A stretch of 64,000 nt of DNA from Fibrobacterales bacterium (GCA_051532055.1 JAOPTX010000012.1:1-64000); one strand, 5' to 3'; counted from the stretch's first letter, positions 52,101-59,256 are shown. The notes: a model not told the origin generated them from the letters alone. Numbers and translations are program-made.

Positions 52101-52355
52101 ATCTTTGATAATACCGGTAATTACATTCAGACACTAGAAACAGTATTTGGAGATGCTGGCGAATTCGATCAAGTTGCACGAGCAACAGAAGATGGTTCAG
52201 TTAACCACATTCTTTGGAATCAAAAAGCATCTAATGGAACGTATGTAGGGTCTGGAGTCTACATTTGGATTGTTACCCTCTACTATGACTCAGGTAACAT
52301 CGATAGCTTTACAGTATCATCGGGAGTTCTTAGAAAACAGAATCCTGGCCGATAA
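43104..52355 (+). CDS. Giant secreted adhesin-like protein: F5/8 type C (CBM32/discoidin), about 12 InlB-B/Flg_new-like repeats, vWA, Ig/FN3-like stalk, shared C-terminal module
   Basis: Signal peptide; AFDGD...RWAS...QWIMVDL; repeats of [GY]xFxxWxVxSG...ITAxF; vWA MIDAS VVDESGSMS/GST/FSDGQD; VDTDRNGYAD...DSVSP...FSEAI; WNQKASNGTYVGSGVYIW. Confidence 0.9.
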   Translation: MHTFKKLLLLSIFVAILYPLNAFGQDIAQGKTYSSSPLENSTYAAAKAFDGDNSSEPSRWASEHSADPQWIMVDLESIFQISDITIYWEDAYAVDYRVEVSLDNITWIVIDDLINQNGGQDAFTLSEYAQYVRVYCTKRYTFPFGTFGYSIYTLEVQGIAATTTILTATAGGTVTPTNDIILAQGANSGITATPQLGYTFKQWNTISGTPDVASTTQTSTTITPQSDSEIEAEFFPHWEYTLSASTGGSIVLPTSGTVEQGDSTTITAQANPGYYFVDWEVLTGAATFGSVTTLSTSITPSIDCTVRANFLKFDVVTIQPGVGGTTLPLNTISIKQGEPDTITATSDTGYYFSHWVTVSGAITYSDSLVNAPIIRPTGDATIQPVFKVASTLSLTSVGNGTLNIAQQANLKPSDLTPIVATPATDYSFSHWSVDSGTVHITDTQAASTTVSIDDNAHLIAHFVLNQWKFTLNSNGGGTVNPAGQSLLDAGSFHSIDATPDPLYSFWGWQIDSGNATFQNLIGNSSNGVQLHDSTLITALFAQQKNLTILTDGNGTVGTGSIVADSASSVPITAHSTTHGYIFSHWTVDTTSLTVDDRTDSISTVIVESDGIITAHFSPVYAIYMNAGAGGTVVSDSLYPTIAGTPYSISATALSNHYFSHWALNSGTAVIANSTLATTSVTIDNANPSNVSVTANFVPAVTLTVNASANGSIVSPSGGTINNINPLSNNQVITAQSNSYFEFSRWEVISGTATITNANAINTTISITTDVELLAHFTPRMYNADIVSRIGGTVTPAGIHSLQEQLGDTTITAQPDSGYIFKEWIGTNGSHISQPNAATTTLYITNNTTVTATYEPFYKVAIEVDSNGTTSDTLIENLLTSKDSLIVATPDSSYQFSHWSVDSGSVVIADIYNSTTRVQLNSDGGITAHFVKEYTLTVDSSSIGLIKDHNSIDVDTLVVGENVVFNLYANALPRFIFENWEVIYGSVTISDSTQLNPSFSLQSDAEIALSFRKKGLYEITAFDSTYTFNIHGDTNTQEAFDGVYFYLEGTGNPARIIIEEATGLWNKRLVYYGTDSTFSLPVSQSGFVAGNYTEEFTQLNTGYRYYYKVVPQNIADVDKDFTIRYQQGGSLLILSQYGTVHPVNAFTMYPGESQQLIVNANDGFDFTHWEVANGAIRYINGSSTTTDVTIQADTLPVILKAHYTLEPGAIPTLTIGKPDISDHPTICVSAQVKDTTNNFYFTGLDTSNFTVWQDHNTSPPLVEQNNIVRPIHVTAELMGINVSLVVDESGSMSTGDRIGAAKDAIYDFIHGMQPYDQTGIVGFYGGSSVTTHSTMTSDTNTLKTATSRLRAYGGSTDIKDGAFGGLENIKNEVGPKTLIVFSDGQDSRTANAHTMAEILDTALKYDITVYAIGLENSMNSEWNTVATQTGGEVWNNRPKSQLSLLYQAIRNKVLAQYKICYESPDKVFNGDTNDVAIEVDIFANTSRDTTWWDETNEPPVVVLTDSTAVLSGRNNTIFQAIPIEAVVTDDGIIAHVDLYYRETGNGTYSSIPMHRTSGDTFRTVIPSNSVIRPGVDYYIMARDSYNLNGKSPKVQYPWATPHQLWVDNSGPTIEINDIGCYLQGATSITISGKTWDADDIGKVEIHYKYLGDPFYMVDSLNWMTSDSSFSTTLSTLNKDSLVYYVSSEDTYGLTSRYPDTTVLIAYQCLDIDTTQALLLPSLVESDTLFDDTTWVSLRSESDTLYSGIEIYYTTDTNQTLNYSSPHVISGDSIFIDSTTTVTMIATYNGSKSDTTTKTFYKRVPLLPPWFVKANDTQFPDSMFADTLKLIVKSNDSLVPGMSIWYSTDTSASRTYTSIAHNDTLIISDTTRFVLYETAPHSYNSDTAYYNYYSAAASPDPYMILAGDTIQDTVFFQDSVCFTLQNGLDSTTIGESTVPTTNFPHTVNAGDTLCVNKNTSLYAQAYSKGFSQSGIVNWNLVHYELAPKPTIVPSQKHFETVWLDVTITHPDSNARIYYTLDTTLALADSNGIAYHHSSTERDTLKISETTTVTAVAYIEGRKYLISNMDRQTFHKDSLYTDVLVTDTTGDTLALWNNGSFITNKPLTELNNQFNLAANTNMQRIDTIQWHFSFSESKDSLTLFSTDPTISYETIEFLSGPNQIYVREEFMNNPNLLESRIFDTLNIWYQNPHVLDDTVSISIPVRPSPRPSNVIVYDSPSRTEPVSAVVSSTDLLYVTVFDQLGSRDSLYEITVTTKPHIVSQEPDTLVATLMPLTKTSDKYRLEHGEEYHSSFRLNLLQDVSLDSALDIRPGDTIMVTYKDPIEGDSVSTYLIYDSVTEKPGDITIIDKNLDTLSNGSVVNGTNDSLTIILSDDYLYNQQMTTQAMVYSYDSIGGFTDTLYIDLSLDHDSLNWSALLPLNNAQSSDLTNSTIDWYQKSSVTVAIPTHNSRGIAEDTLYLNYTIAIPNQVPAIVIEDTLETRDSIIRDTRAFTLSVTDQSFSRFVDTLTASVSCVNLGDLETGYLLVESDTTSGLYELVTAITKNERTLVPENDSLQCAINDIVEVTYRDPIYGDTTRAHAAFSDSITNALFFMDDSISAIDTLYSALETLVPIRATALSPSLDAIDSVLVSVTNDHGDTLLLWLYETNAYSSIYTGSVPFEFTTALHSTLDSSITVPLNYDSTGNSSIVSAQFVEDPLVTARFTALSLYKVFTSATIVDTDRNGYADALFLDFSGPVALLPKELNEFFWSFNDTIAPFPISKENISYNRIDDVIDSTRVIVDLSDIEMELLETALCTLATPHVTLPQSNYFGGRSQDLIDSVSPRIISVLKVPSEKSSEHQLSGSKVKPDMFEFTFSEAIYFDLAQAESVWMQQFSYSPGCNDHTTDLTIESVVATHTERKRWIVEIDENIPFTRGCITVNPDSLLINDSLNNVIGTSPIRITGKDRGKPAKVKMKNPVAGAPGPDETYFVPGTDIEAIIPDTLAVLTIVAKERYVAKVNIFDNTGNYIQTLETVFGDAGEFDQVARATEDGSVNHILWNQKASNGTYVGSGVYIWIVTLYYDSGNIDSFTVSSGVLRKQNPGR

Positions 52356-52383
52356 TAGGTTTAAAAAAACAATAAAGTAACAT

Positions 52384-52420
52384 AAAAGGGACTTGGCATT
52401 ATATATGCCAAGTCCCTTTT
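52384..52420. terminator. Bidirectional terminator
   Basis: AAAAGGGACTTGGCAT-TATAT-ATGCCAAGTCCCTTTT between convergent genes. Confidence 0.92.
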
Positions 52421-52426
52421 AAATTC

Positions 52427-52981
52427 TTACGCTGATGGGTTTTTATATTTTTCCATGATAGCATCACTTTGTGTTTTAAGTGCATCTAAGTCGCTGTTTC
52501 TATTATAGCTAAACTCTTCAACTTTTTCACCAGCATGAAAATACTCTTGTCGAGAGCTTTGACGCTTGCTAATAAAGTCTTGAACCTCTTCTGGAACAGC
52601 CTCTTTTGTAGTAGCTGTATCTTCAGCTTCATTTGAAACTTCTGTTTCAGATTTCGGTGATTCAGCTACAGGATTTCTTTCTGCGACAACAGCATCACTT
52701 TTTGCTCTCAACTCAGCGAGTCGAGATGCATTCGGGGATGTTGGAGCTACAGCTGTACTACTCGTTTGATTTGCAGCTGCATTCTTAGCCTCATCACTAA
52801 TATTTACCCGATAGTCAGGCGTTGATTTACTTTCATCACTTGCTGTTTCCGGAAGATTAGTTTTCCTATCTCCATTGGATTCATAGAAATGTGATTTACG
52901 CGCTTGTTGGCGCTGTGATATAATATCAATACTTGAGGTATCCATACTACTTCTCCGATCATTAATGTCTGGCAGGGTCAC
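52427..52981 (-). CDS. Hypothetical hydrophilic protein with an internal two-fold repeat (alternative start ATG 52945)
   Basis: 184-aa ORF; IISQRQQARKSHF versus FISKRQSSRQEYF; LAELRAKSDAV versus LDALKTQSDAI; YRVNISDEAK motif. Confidence 0.75.
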   Translation of the reverse strand: MTLPDINDRRSSMDTSSIDIISQRQQARKSHFYESNGDRKTNLPETASDESKSTPDYRVNISDEAKNAAANQTSSTAVAPTSPNASRLAELRAKSDAVVAERNPVAESPKSETEVSNEAEDTATTKEAVPEEVQDFISKRQSSRQEYFHAGEKVEEFSYNRNSDLDALKTQSDAIMEKYKNPSA

Positions 52982-53003
52982 CCCTACACTCTTCCCATTA
53001 ATT

Positions 53004-53030
53004 TAATCGGCCATATTTCAGATAACTTAA
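53004..53030 (-). promoter_or_regulatory. Sigma28 (FliA/SigD)-type promoter
   Basis: Minus strand TTAAGTTA-N11-GCCGATTA versus consensus TAAAGTTT-N11-GCCGATAA, with exact spacing. Confidence 0.65.
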
Positions 53031-53147
53031 GCCTTTTCTCGGATTCTAATGTTTTCATAGTAAATCGTCATAAAATTACTAAAATTTTTGCCCTCACATC
53101 TACAACAATGATTTGTAACAATAAAGTTCTCATATTTGTAGATATGC

Positions 53148-53186
53148 AAAAAAATCACCCATTACCAATTGGCATTGAGTGATTTT
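53148..53186 (-). terminator. Intrinsic terminator after the H1-like gene
   Basis: Minus strand AATCACTCAATGCC-AATT-GGTAATGGGTGATT followed by a T-run (G-U pairs, one mismatch). Confidence 0.65.
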
Positions 53187-53224
53187 AAGAAAATGAAAGT
53201 GATTATGTGTATTAGCTATTAGAA

Positions 53225-54460
53225 CTACACAGCGCCATACTCAGGCTCTGCACCATCCTCTTCATCATTCATTAAGCTTAGCTGATAATCCATTTTGCGA
53301 GCTTCTTTTGATTCACCTAAATTGAGGATTTCTGCACAATCCTCACAGTAACCAAGATCTTTATCGATTACAAATCGTTCATCAACAGAAATAATACCAC
53401 ATTTAGTACACATACGATTTTTTAGAGCACTCATGCTATTCGCATTTTCGTCTTCTAATTCGCGTGCAATTCGTGATATAAGCTCATCCATAGTTTCATC
53501 AGACTTAGAAGAACGATTTCGGCTCGCTTTTGTAGGGACCTCTTCCTCTTTACTCTCTATAGAATATTTTTTCTTATTATTCCGTTCTTCTGTTTCATTT
53601 AATTCTGTAAAAAATGTAGCACGAGACATTTTTCGGCCGTCGAGAACAAATTCTAAATAGGTTTCTTTAGTAAAAAGTTTTTTAGGCTTTTGGGCCTTTT
53701 TTGACTCTTTCTCAGCTTCTCTCAAAACTTTTTCAGCCTCTTTTGCAAGCCGTTTTTCTTCTTTTTCAGCATCTTTCAATTGTAATTTTTCAAGACGTTC
53801 TTTCTCTTTCTGCTGTTTCAATTTTTCGCGTTCTTTATCTTTGGCAATGCGTTCACGTTCTTTTTCTTTAGCCTGTTTTTCTTTATCACGCGCTTTCTCT
53901 TTTGCTAGTTTTTCTTTTTCTCTCTGCGCATTGATTTTTTCTTTTTCTCTCTCTTTGGCTAACTTATCACGTACTTTTTGCTTTGCAAGTTTCTCTTTAT
54001 CTGCTGCTGCTTTTGACTGAGCCTGGCTTGCTATAGACTTTTTTGCGGCTGCTTTTTTAATTGTTTTCGCGGGTTTCCCTGCTGATTTTACTTTACTCTT
54101 ACTAGTAGATTTTGTGCTCACTTTTTTAGCACTTTTTTTAACAACCTTCTTCGTCGCTTTCTTCACTACTTTTTTAACTGTTTTCTTAACAGCTTTTTTA
54201 GTGACTTTCTTAACTACTTTTTTAACAACCTTTTTTACGGCCTTTTTAGCTGCTTTCTTAGCAACCTTTTTTACAACTTTCTTTGCGACTTTCTTTGTAC
54301 TACTTTTTTTAGCTACTGCTTTTTTAACAGCCTTCTTTGCCGCTTTTTTGACAACTTTTTTTACTGCTTTCTTAACAGCTTTTTTGGCCACTTTCTTAAC
54401 GGCTTTTTTAGCTGCTTTTTTTGGAGACTTTTTGGTTGCTTTTTTTGTTGTTTTAGCCAT
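53225..54460 (-). CDS. Histone H1-like Lys/Ala/Val-repeat protein with a KE-rich coiled coil and C-terminal C4 zinc finger
   Basis: About 130 aa of KKAVKKVA-type repeats; charged helix; CTKC-x17-CEDC; acidic tail. Confidence 0.85.
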   Translation of the reverse strand: MAKTTKKATKKSPKKAAKKAVKKVAKKAVKKAVKKVVKKAAKKAVKKAVAKKSSTKKVAKKVVKKVAKKAAKKAVKKVVKKVVKKVTKKAVKKTVKKVVKKATKKVVKKSAKKVSTKSTSKSKVKSAGKPAKTIKKAAAKKSIASQAQSKAAADKEKLAKQKVRDKLAKEREKEKINAQREKEKLAKEKARDKEKQAKEKERERIAKDKEREKLKQQKEKERLEKLQLKDAEKEEKRLAKEAEKVLREAEKESKKAQKPKKLFTKETYLEFVLDGRKMSRATFFTELNETEERNNKKKYSIESKEEEVPTKASRNRSSKSDETMDELISRIARELEDENANSMSALKNRMCTKCGIISVDERFVIDKDLGYCEDCAEILNLGESKEARKMDYQLSLMNDEEDGAEPEYGAV

Positions 54461-54633
54461 AATTCCTCAGAATTGTTTTTAAACAGAGCTCCCCTATCCG
54501 ACAGAAGGTTACCCAAAGTAATACAGCAGAAATATATGAAAACTTCGGTTTTTTTTAAAGGAGTGTTGTTTAAATCGGAGAATTAAAGGATCTCAAGTTT
54601 TAGAACCAGATTCTGGGATAATAGTACTAAAAA

Positions 54634-54644
54634 TGTTATCTTTG
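54634..54644 (+). promoter_or_regulatory. Putative promoter element of the lepA operon
   Basis: TGTTATCTTTG fits both an extended -10 (TGnTATCTT) and TAnnTTTG. Confidence 0.5.
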
Positions 54645-54680
54645 GCCCTACGAACAAGTTTTTAAAAATAAAAGTGGTAG

Positions 54681-56483
54681 ATGAACAGCCCTACAGAAAA
54701 TATCAGAAATTTTTCAATCATTGCCCATATTGACCATGGCAAGTCGACACTTGCAGACCGACTTATTGAAACTACCCAAACCGTTCAAAAAATGAACATG
54801 CAAGCACAACTTCTTGATGACATGGAACTTGAGCGAGAACGGGGAATAACCATTAAGTCTCATGCCATTAAAATGAATTACGTAAAGAATGGCACGACCT
54901 ATCAACTCAATATGATAGACACTCCCGGCCACGTTGATTTTACCTATGAAGTATCACGCTCTTTGGCTGCATGTGAAGGCGCCATTCTCATAGTTGATGC
55001 GACTCAAGGCATTGAAGCACAAACCCTTTCGAATCTTTACCTTGCCCTCGATAATAATCTCGAAATATTGCCCGTCATCAACAAAATTGACCTTCCTAGT
55101 GCAATGCCCGATGAAATTGCCGAAAAAGTTGCTGACCTCATTGGGTGCGATCCCACCGATATTCCTCAGATATCTGCAAAAAATGGTATCGGGATCGAAA
55201 CAGTGCTCGATAAGATTATCGATGTTATTCCTGCACCTACTGGTGACCCAAAAGCACCACTCAAAGCACTCATCTTTGATTCTATTTATGACTCATATCG
55301 TGGTGTTATCTCATATATTCGTGTATTTGAAGGTACCATTGCAGCTAAAAAACCATTTGTTTCAATGATGACCAATACTGAATACATGTGTTCAGAAATT
55401 GGAACATTCTCAATGAAAAGGGATGCTCAGAAACAACTGTCTGCAGGAGAAGTTGGTTATATTCAAGCCAATATTAAAGATATTGGTGATGTTAAGATCG
55501 GTGACACCCTTACCAACCTTGACAACCGAGCTACTGAAGCCCTTGCTGGATACAAAGAAATTCAACCGATGATCTTCTCTGGAATTTACCCAGTAGATCC
55601 AGATGACTACAAGCCTCTTCGCGATGCCCTTGAAAAACTAAAACTTAATGATGCGGCCCTCTCTTGGGAACCTGAAACCTCTGAAGCACTTGGCTTTGGC
55701 TTTCGTTCTGGTTTTCTCGGTCTCCTACACATGGAAATTGTTCAAGAAAGACTCGATCGTGAATTTAATGTAAATATCATTACTACGATGCCCAATGTGG
55801 AGTACCATGTATTTATGAAAGATGGTTCAATGCAAAAAATTGAAAACCCATCTAAGCTCCCCGACTCTGGTAAATATGAATATATAGAAGAACCATATAT
55901 CACTGCTCAAATTTTTACTCCTAAAGATTATGTGGGGACCATTATGAAACTCTCGGAAGATAAGCGAGGGATTTTTGTGAACATGGACTACATAGATGAA
56001 ACTAAAGTAAATCTTAAGTATGAGTTCCCTATGGCTGAAATCATGTTTGATTTTTATGATAAGCTTAAATCTATCTCTCAAGGCTATGCTGGGTTTGATT
56101 ATGAACCGGTCGAATATAGACGTTCTGATTTAGTAAAACTCGATACTCTTCTTAACGGTGAAACAGTAGATGCGTTCTCTCATATTATTCACAAAGATAA
56201 AGCTTATTATCACGGGCAAGCCCTCTGTACCAAATTGAAGGAGCTCATACCGCGACAACAGTTTGATGTCCCCATTCAATCAGCAGTAGGTACCCGTATT
56301 ATTTCTCGATCAACAGTTAAGGCTTTGCGCAAAAACGTTACCGCTAAATGTTATGGCGGTGATATTTCGCGTAAGAGAAAACTTCTTGAGAAACAGAAAG
56401 AGGGTAAGAAACGTATGAAATCTGTAGGCACTGTAGAAGTACCTCAAGAAGCATTTTTAGCAGTCCTTAAACTTGACGATTAA
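54681..56483 (+). CDS. lepA: Elongation factor 4
   Basis: [60 protein letters not shown]. Confidence 0.99.
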   Translation: MNSPTENIRNFSIIAHIDHGKSTLADRLIETTQTVQKMNMQAQLLDDMELERERGITIKSHAIKMNYVKNGTTYQLNMIDTPGHVDFTYEVSRSLAACEGAILIVDATQGIEAQTLSNLYLALDNNLEILPVINKIDLPSAMPDEIAEKVADLIGCDPTDIPQISAKNGIGIETVLDKIIDVIPAPTGDPKAPLKALIFDSIYDSYRGVISYIRVFEGTIAAKKPFVSMMTNTEYMCSEIGTFSMKRDAQKQLSAGEVGYIQANIKDIGDVKIGDTLTNLDNRATEALAGYKEIQPMIFSGIYPVDPDDYKPLRDALEKLKLNDAALSWEPETSEALGFGFRSGFLGLLHMEIVQERLDREFNVNIITTMPNVEYHVFMKDGSMQKIENPSKLPDSGKYEYIEEPYITAQIFTPKDYVGTIMKLSEDKRGIFVNMDYIDETKVNLKYEFPMAEIMFDFYDKLKSISQGYAGFDYEPVEYRRSDLVKLDTLLNGETVDAFSHIIHKDKAYYHGQALCTKLKELIPRQQFDVPIQSAVGTRIISRSTVKALRKNVTAKCYGGDISRKRKLLEKQKEGKKRMKSVGTVEVPQEAFLAVLKLDD

Positions 56484-56496
56484 TACTGGAGCATAT

Positions 56497-56766
56497 ATGT
56501 CTACGATTCAAAACTATAGAGATGAAATTGATGAAATTGAAAAACAACTTCTTACCATTCTTAATCGAAGAGCTGAGCTTGCTATAAAAATTGGTGAAAT
56601 TAAACGAGTCGATGATACCCCAATATTTGACCCAATCCGTGAAGATGAGATTTTAGAAAGAGTCGCTGGCAATAATCCGGGCCCCCTTTCAACTGATTCA
56701 ATCAAAGAGATCTTCTTAACTATTATTACTCATACTAGAAACCTAGAAGCCGAGCATAATTCGTGA
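56497..56766 (+). CDS. Monofunctional chorismate mutase (AroQ type)
   Basis: YRDEIDEIE, LNRRA, IGEIK, DPIREDEI, NPGPL; start placed at ATG 56497 after GGAG. Confidence 0.9.
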   Translation: MSTIQNYRDEIDEIEKQLLTILNRRAELAIKIGEIKRVDDTPIFDPIREDEILERVAGNNPGPLSTDSIKEIFLTIITHTRNLEAEHNS

Positions 56767-57911
56767 AGAGCGGGAGCAGTGAAAAAACCATAGTGATTGT
56801 GGGCCTCGGCCTCCTTGGTAGTTCTATTGCCCTCAATTTAAAGCTTCAAAACAGTAAAGGCGCTCTTTACACAGTTATTGGTATATCGCGTGATGTCACC
56901 ATTGCAAAAGCAATTGATCAAAAACTAATTGATGAAGGGTATACCTATGATCAACTCAATAAGTGGAAGTCGAAAGCTGACCTTATAATACTCTGCACCC
57001 CAATTACTCACATAATGAATTTTATGGTAACCCTATCTGAGAATAGTACTCCATTTAAATCGGGAGCTATCATCACTGATGTAGGGAGCACAAAAAAAGA
57101 GTTGTGCGAACTTGGTCAAAAATTATACCCTCAAGGTTCCGACAGTGCACTCTTTATTGGGAGTCACCCTATGGCAGGATCCGAAAAGACAGGAATTGAT
57201 GCCCAAGAGTCTACCCTGTACGAAAATAGTTATTGGATTCTTTGCCCACCCTCCCAAACTAACTCTTCTGAATATAGCCTTCTTACTACTATTGTTGAAG
57301 CACTCGGAAGCCACATTGTTACCCTTGATGCCGCAGAGCACGATGCAGTTATGGGCCGACTCAGTCACTCAGTACAAATCATTTCAAGCGCTCTTGCCCA
57401 CTCTTTTGGAAGCCAAACAGCTGTTTCTCAAGACTCCCTCCAGCTTGCAGGAAGAGCCTTTAGAGATATGACTCGAATTGCCGCTTCTGGTTATTCCATG
57501 TGGGAGAGTATTTTCAAAACGAATCGAGCTGAAACGTTTGCAGCTCTAGAAGGATTTCAACAAAGTCTTGCCGAATTCAAAGAGTGTCTCTCATCAGATG
57601 ATATTGATGAATCAAAACTTGAATCGCTTTTTTCATTTGGTGCAGATGTACGTTCCCATGTCTCGAATCCAGGGAAAGGCTTTTCTCATGGGCTCTGTGA
57701 GCTTATTGTTACAATGGAAGACCAACCCGGAATGATTGCCACTATAGTGGCTCCCCTTAGTAGTGCCGATATAAACATTCGAGATATTGAATTACTTAAA
57801 GTACGAGAAGGCGTAGGCGGAACACTCCTTCTTGGGTTTGATACCCAAAGCGAAGCCACTCAGGCTCAGGAATTGTTATTACTTAAAAATATAACCAGTA
57901 GGTTGAGGTAA
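56763..57911 (+). CDS. tyrA: Prephenate/arogenate dehydrogenase with a C-terminal ACT domain
   Basis: GLGLLGSS, TDVGSTK, GSHPMAGSE, HDAVMGRLSH, FRDMTRIA, DQPGMIA (ACT). Confidence 0.92.
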   Translation: MKSGSSEKTIVIVGLGLLGSSIALNLKLQNSKGALYTVIGISRDVTIAKAIDQKLIDEGYTYDQLNKWKSKADLIILCTPITHIMNFMVTLSENSTPFKSGAIITDVGSTKKELCELGQKLYPQGSDSALFIGSHPMAGSEKTGIDAQESTLYENSYWILCPPSQTNSSEYSLLTTIVEALGSHIVTLDAAEHDAVMGRLSHSVQIISSALAHSFGSQTAVSQDSLQLAGRAFRDMTRIAASGYSMWESIFKTNRAETFAALEGFQQSLAEFKECLSSDDIDESKLESLFSFGADVRSHVSNPGKGFSHGLCELIVTMEDQPGMIATIVAPLSSADINIRDIELLKVREGVGGTLLLGFDTQSEATQAQELLLLKNITSRLR

Positions 57912-57912
57912 C

Positions 57913-59256
57913 ATGGAGATACAAAAATCAAAAAAACTTGTCGGTACAATTTCGCTTCAAAATGACCGCGAGATGACACTCAATACCTTGATTATTGCAT
58001 CCCTCTGTAATGAAACGACAGAGATTAAAAACTTTTTTCTTCCGGAGTCACTTACTCCTTTTTTGACAGTATTGCAGAGTATTGGTATCAATACCACCTT
58101 TGTAAAAGATACCCTTATCGTAGAAGGCATGGGGTTACAGCCCCGTACACTCGGTGATGTTGAATTGACCCTTCTTGAGTCTGATTATGCAAATGCCCTA
58201 CTCATCACCTATATTGGGGCCCAGCACTTTGATTTTCTCCATATTACGGGAAGTGAGTTACAAAAAGAAGCCGCCAAAACCCTGATCGCAAACCTTCCCT
58301 ATCTCATCATTGGAGAAGAGAACGAACGCGGCTATTTTGTTACAAAAGAAAGTGACTACATTCACCGTGATACCGTCAAATCAACTCATTATATCCATAA
58401 AGCACAACGTATCCTTTCGGCTCTCATAAATCAACAGTCCTTAACAGTCTCAGAAAAGGCCCCATTAAGAGATCAATTGATCAACACTATAAAAGCATTT
58501 AATGCTCCCATAGAAGTTGAGCGAACTGGTTTTCAGGTCTATGAAACTGAACTTGAACGACGCATAGCACAATTGAGTAAGGTTAAAGTGGAAAAAGAGG
58601 TTAAAACAACACTCAAACCTGCACAGTCACTAACCCCCCGTAAAATTGAGCTCTTCGGTGACCCTACACTTGCTGCCTACTTTGCTGTTGCTGCTACCCT
58701 GATACCTGCATCTGACCTCTCAATTGAAAATGTTCTTGCCAGTTCAACCCGATCGGGAGTATTTAATGCCCTCAGAAGATTTGGTGCGAATGTCGAAATC
58801 ACTAAAAAACGTGAGAAACATGGTGAATCATATTGTACCGTCAAAATAAAATATGCAAAGACCTTGGTTGGCCGTAAATTTGGCGGTGATGCCACACCTT
58901 CATATTATGAAGAGATCCCGTTTATTGCTATTGTTGCCTCATTTGCCCAGGGAGAATCTATCATTAGAAACCTACCAGAGGGTGACCCAATCATAAATAA
59001 GATTGTAACTAATTTAAGGCTCGCTGGTGTTGATGTTGGTGAAATTGAAGATGGACTGGTTATCCGTGGCCGCCTAGAGTGTGATGCTTCAAATTTTGAT
59101 GCCTACAACATTCCCGTTCTCGCTCTTGCACTCCATGCCCTTGCAATTACGAGCCATGGTGGGTCGACCTTAACTAATGGTGAGGAAGAAATACTCTCAC
59201 TCTTCCCTCATTACATGAAAGAATTCTCTAAGGAGGAGCTTGATGAAGTTCAATAG
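57913..59256 (+). CDS. EPSP synthase (AroA)-fold protein, highly degenerate
   Basis: Residual motifs GDPTLAAYFAVAA, EEIPFIAIVASFAQGESII, EIEDGLVIRG and position after tyrA; catalytic motifs missing. Confidence 0.8.
   Translation: MEIQKSKKLVGTISLQNDREMTLNTLIIASLCNETTEIKNFFLPESLTPFLTVLQSIGINTTFVKDTLIVEGMGLQPRTLGDVELTLLESDYANALLITYIGAQHFDFLHITGSELQKEAAKTLIANLPYLIIGEENERGYFVTKESDYIHRDTVKSTHYIHKAQRILSALINQQSLTVSEKAPLRDQLINTIKAFNAPIEVERTGFQVYETELERRIAQLSKVKVEKEVKTTLKPAQSLTPRKIELFGDPTLAAYFAVAATLIPASDLSIENVLASSTRSGVFNALRRFGANVEITKKREKHGESYCTVKIKYAKTLVGRKFGGDATPSYYEEIPFIAIVASFAQGESIIRNLPEGDPIINKIVTNLRLAGVDVGEIEDGLVIRGRLECDASNFDAYNIPVLALALHALAITSHGGSTLTNGEEEILSLFPHYMKEFSKEELDEVQ

Noticed and set aside
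52394..52408. Sigma54-like TGGCAT-N5-ATGC
   Set aside because: Part of a terminator stem between convergent genes, with nothing downstream to transcribe
54120..54455. Short tandem DNA repeats (possible CRISPR or VNTR)
   Set aside because: Degenerate 12-nt coding periodicity with synonymous variation; no repeat-spacer structure and no cas genes
54114..54482. 122-aa FLTAF-repeat ORF that looks like a membrane protein
   Set aside because: Reverse-complement shadow of the KKAV repeats
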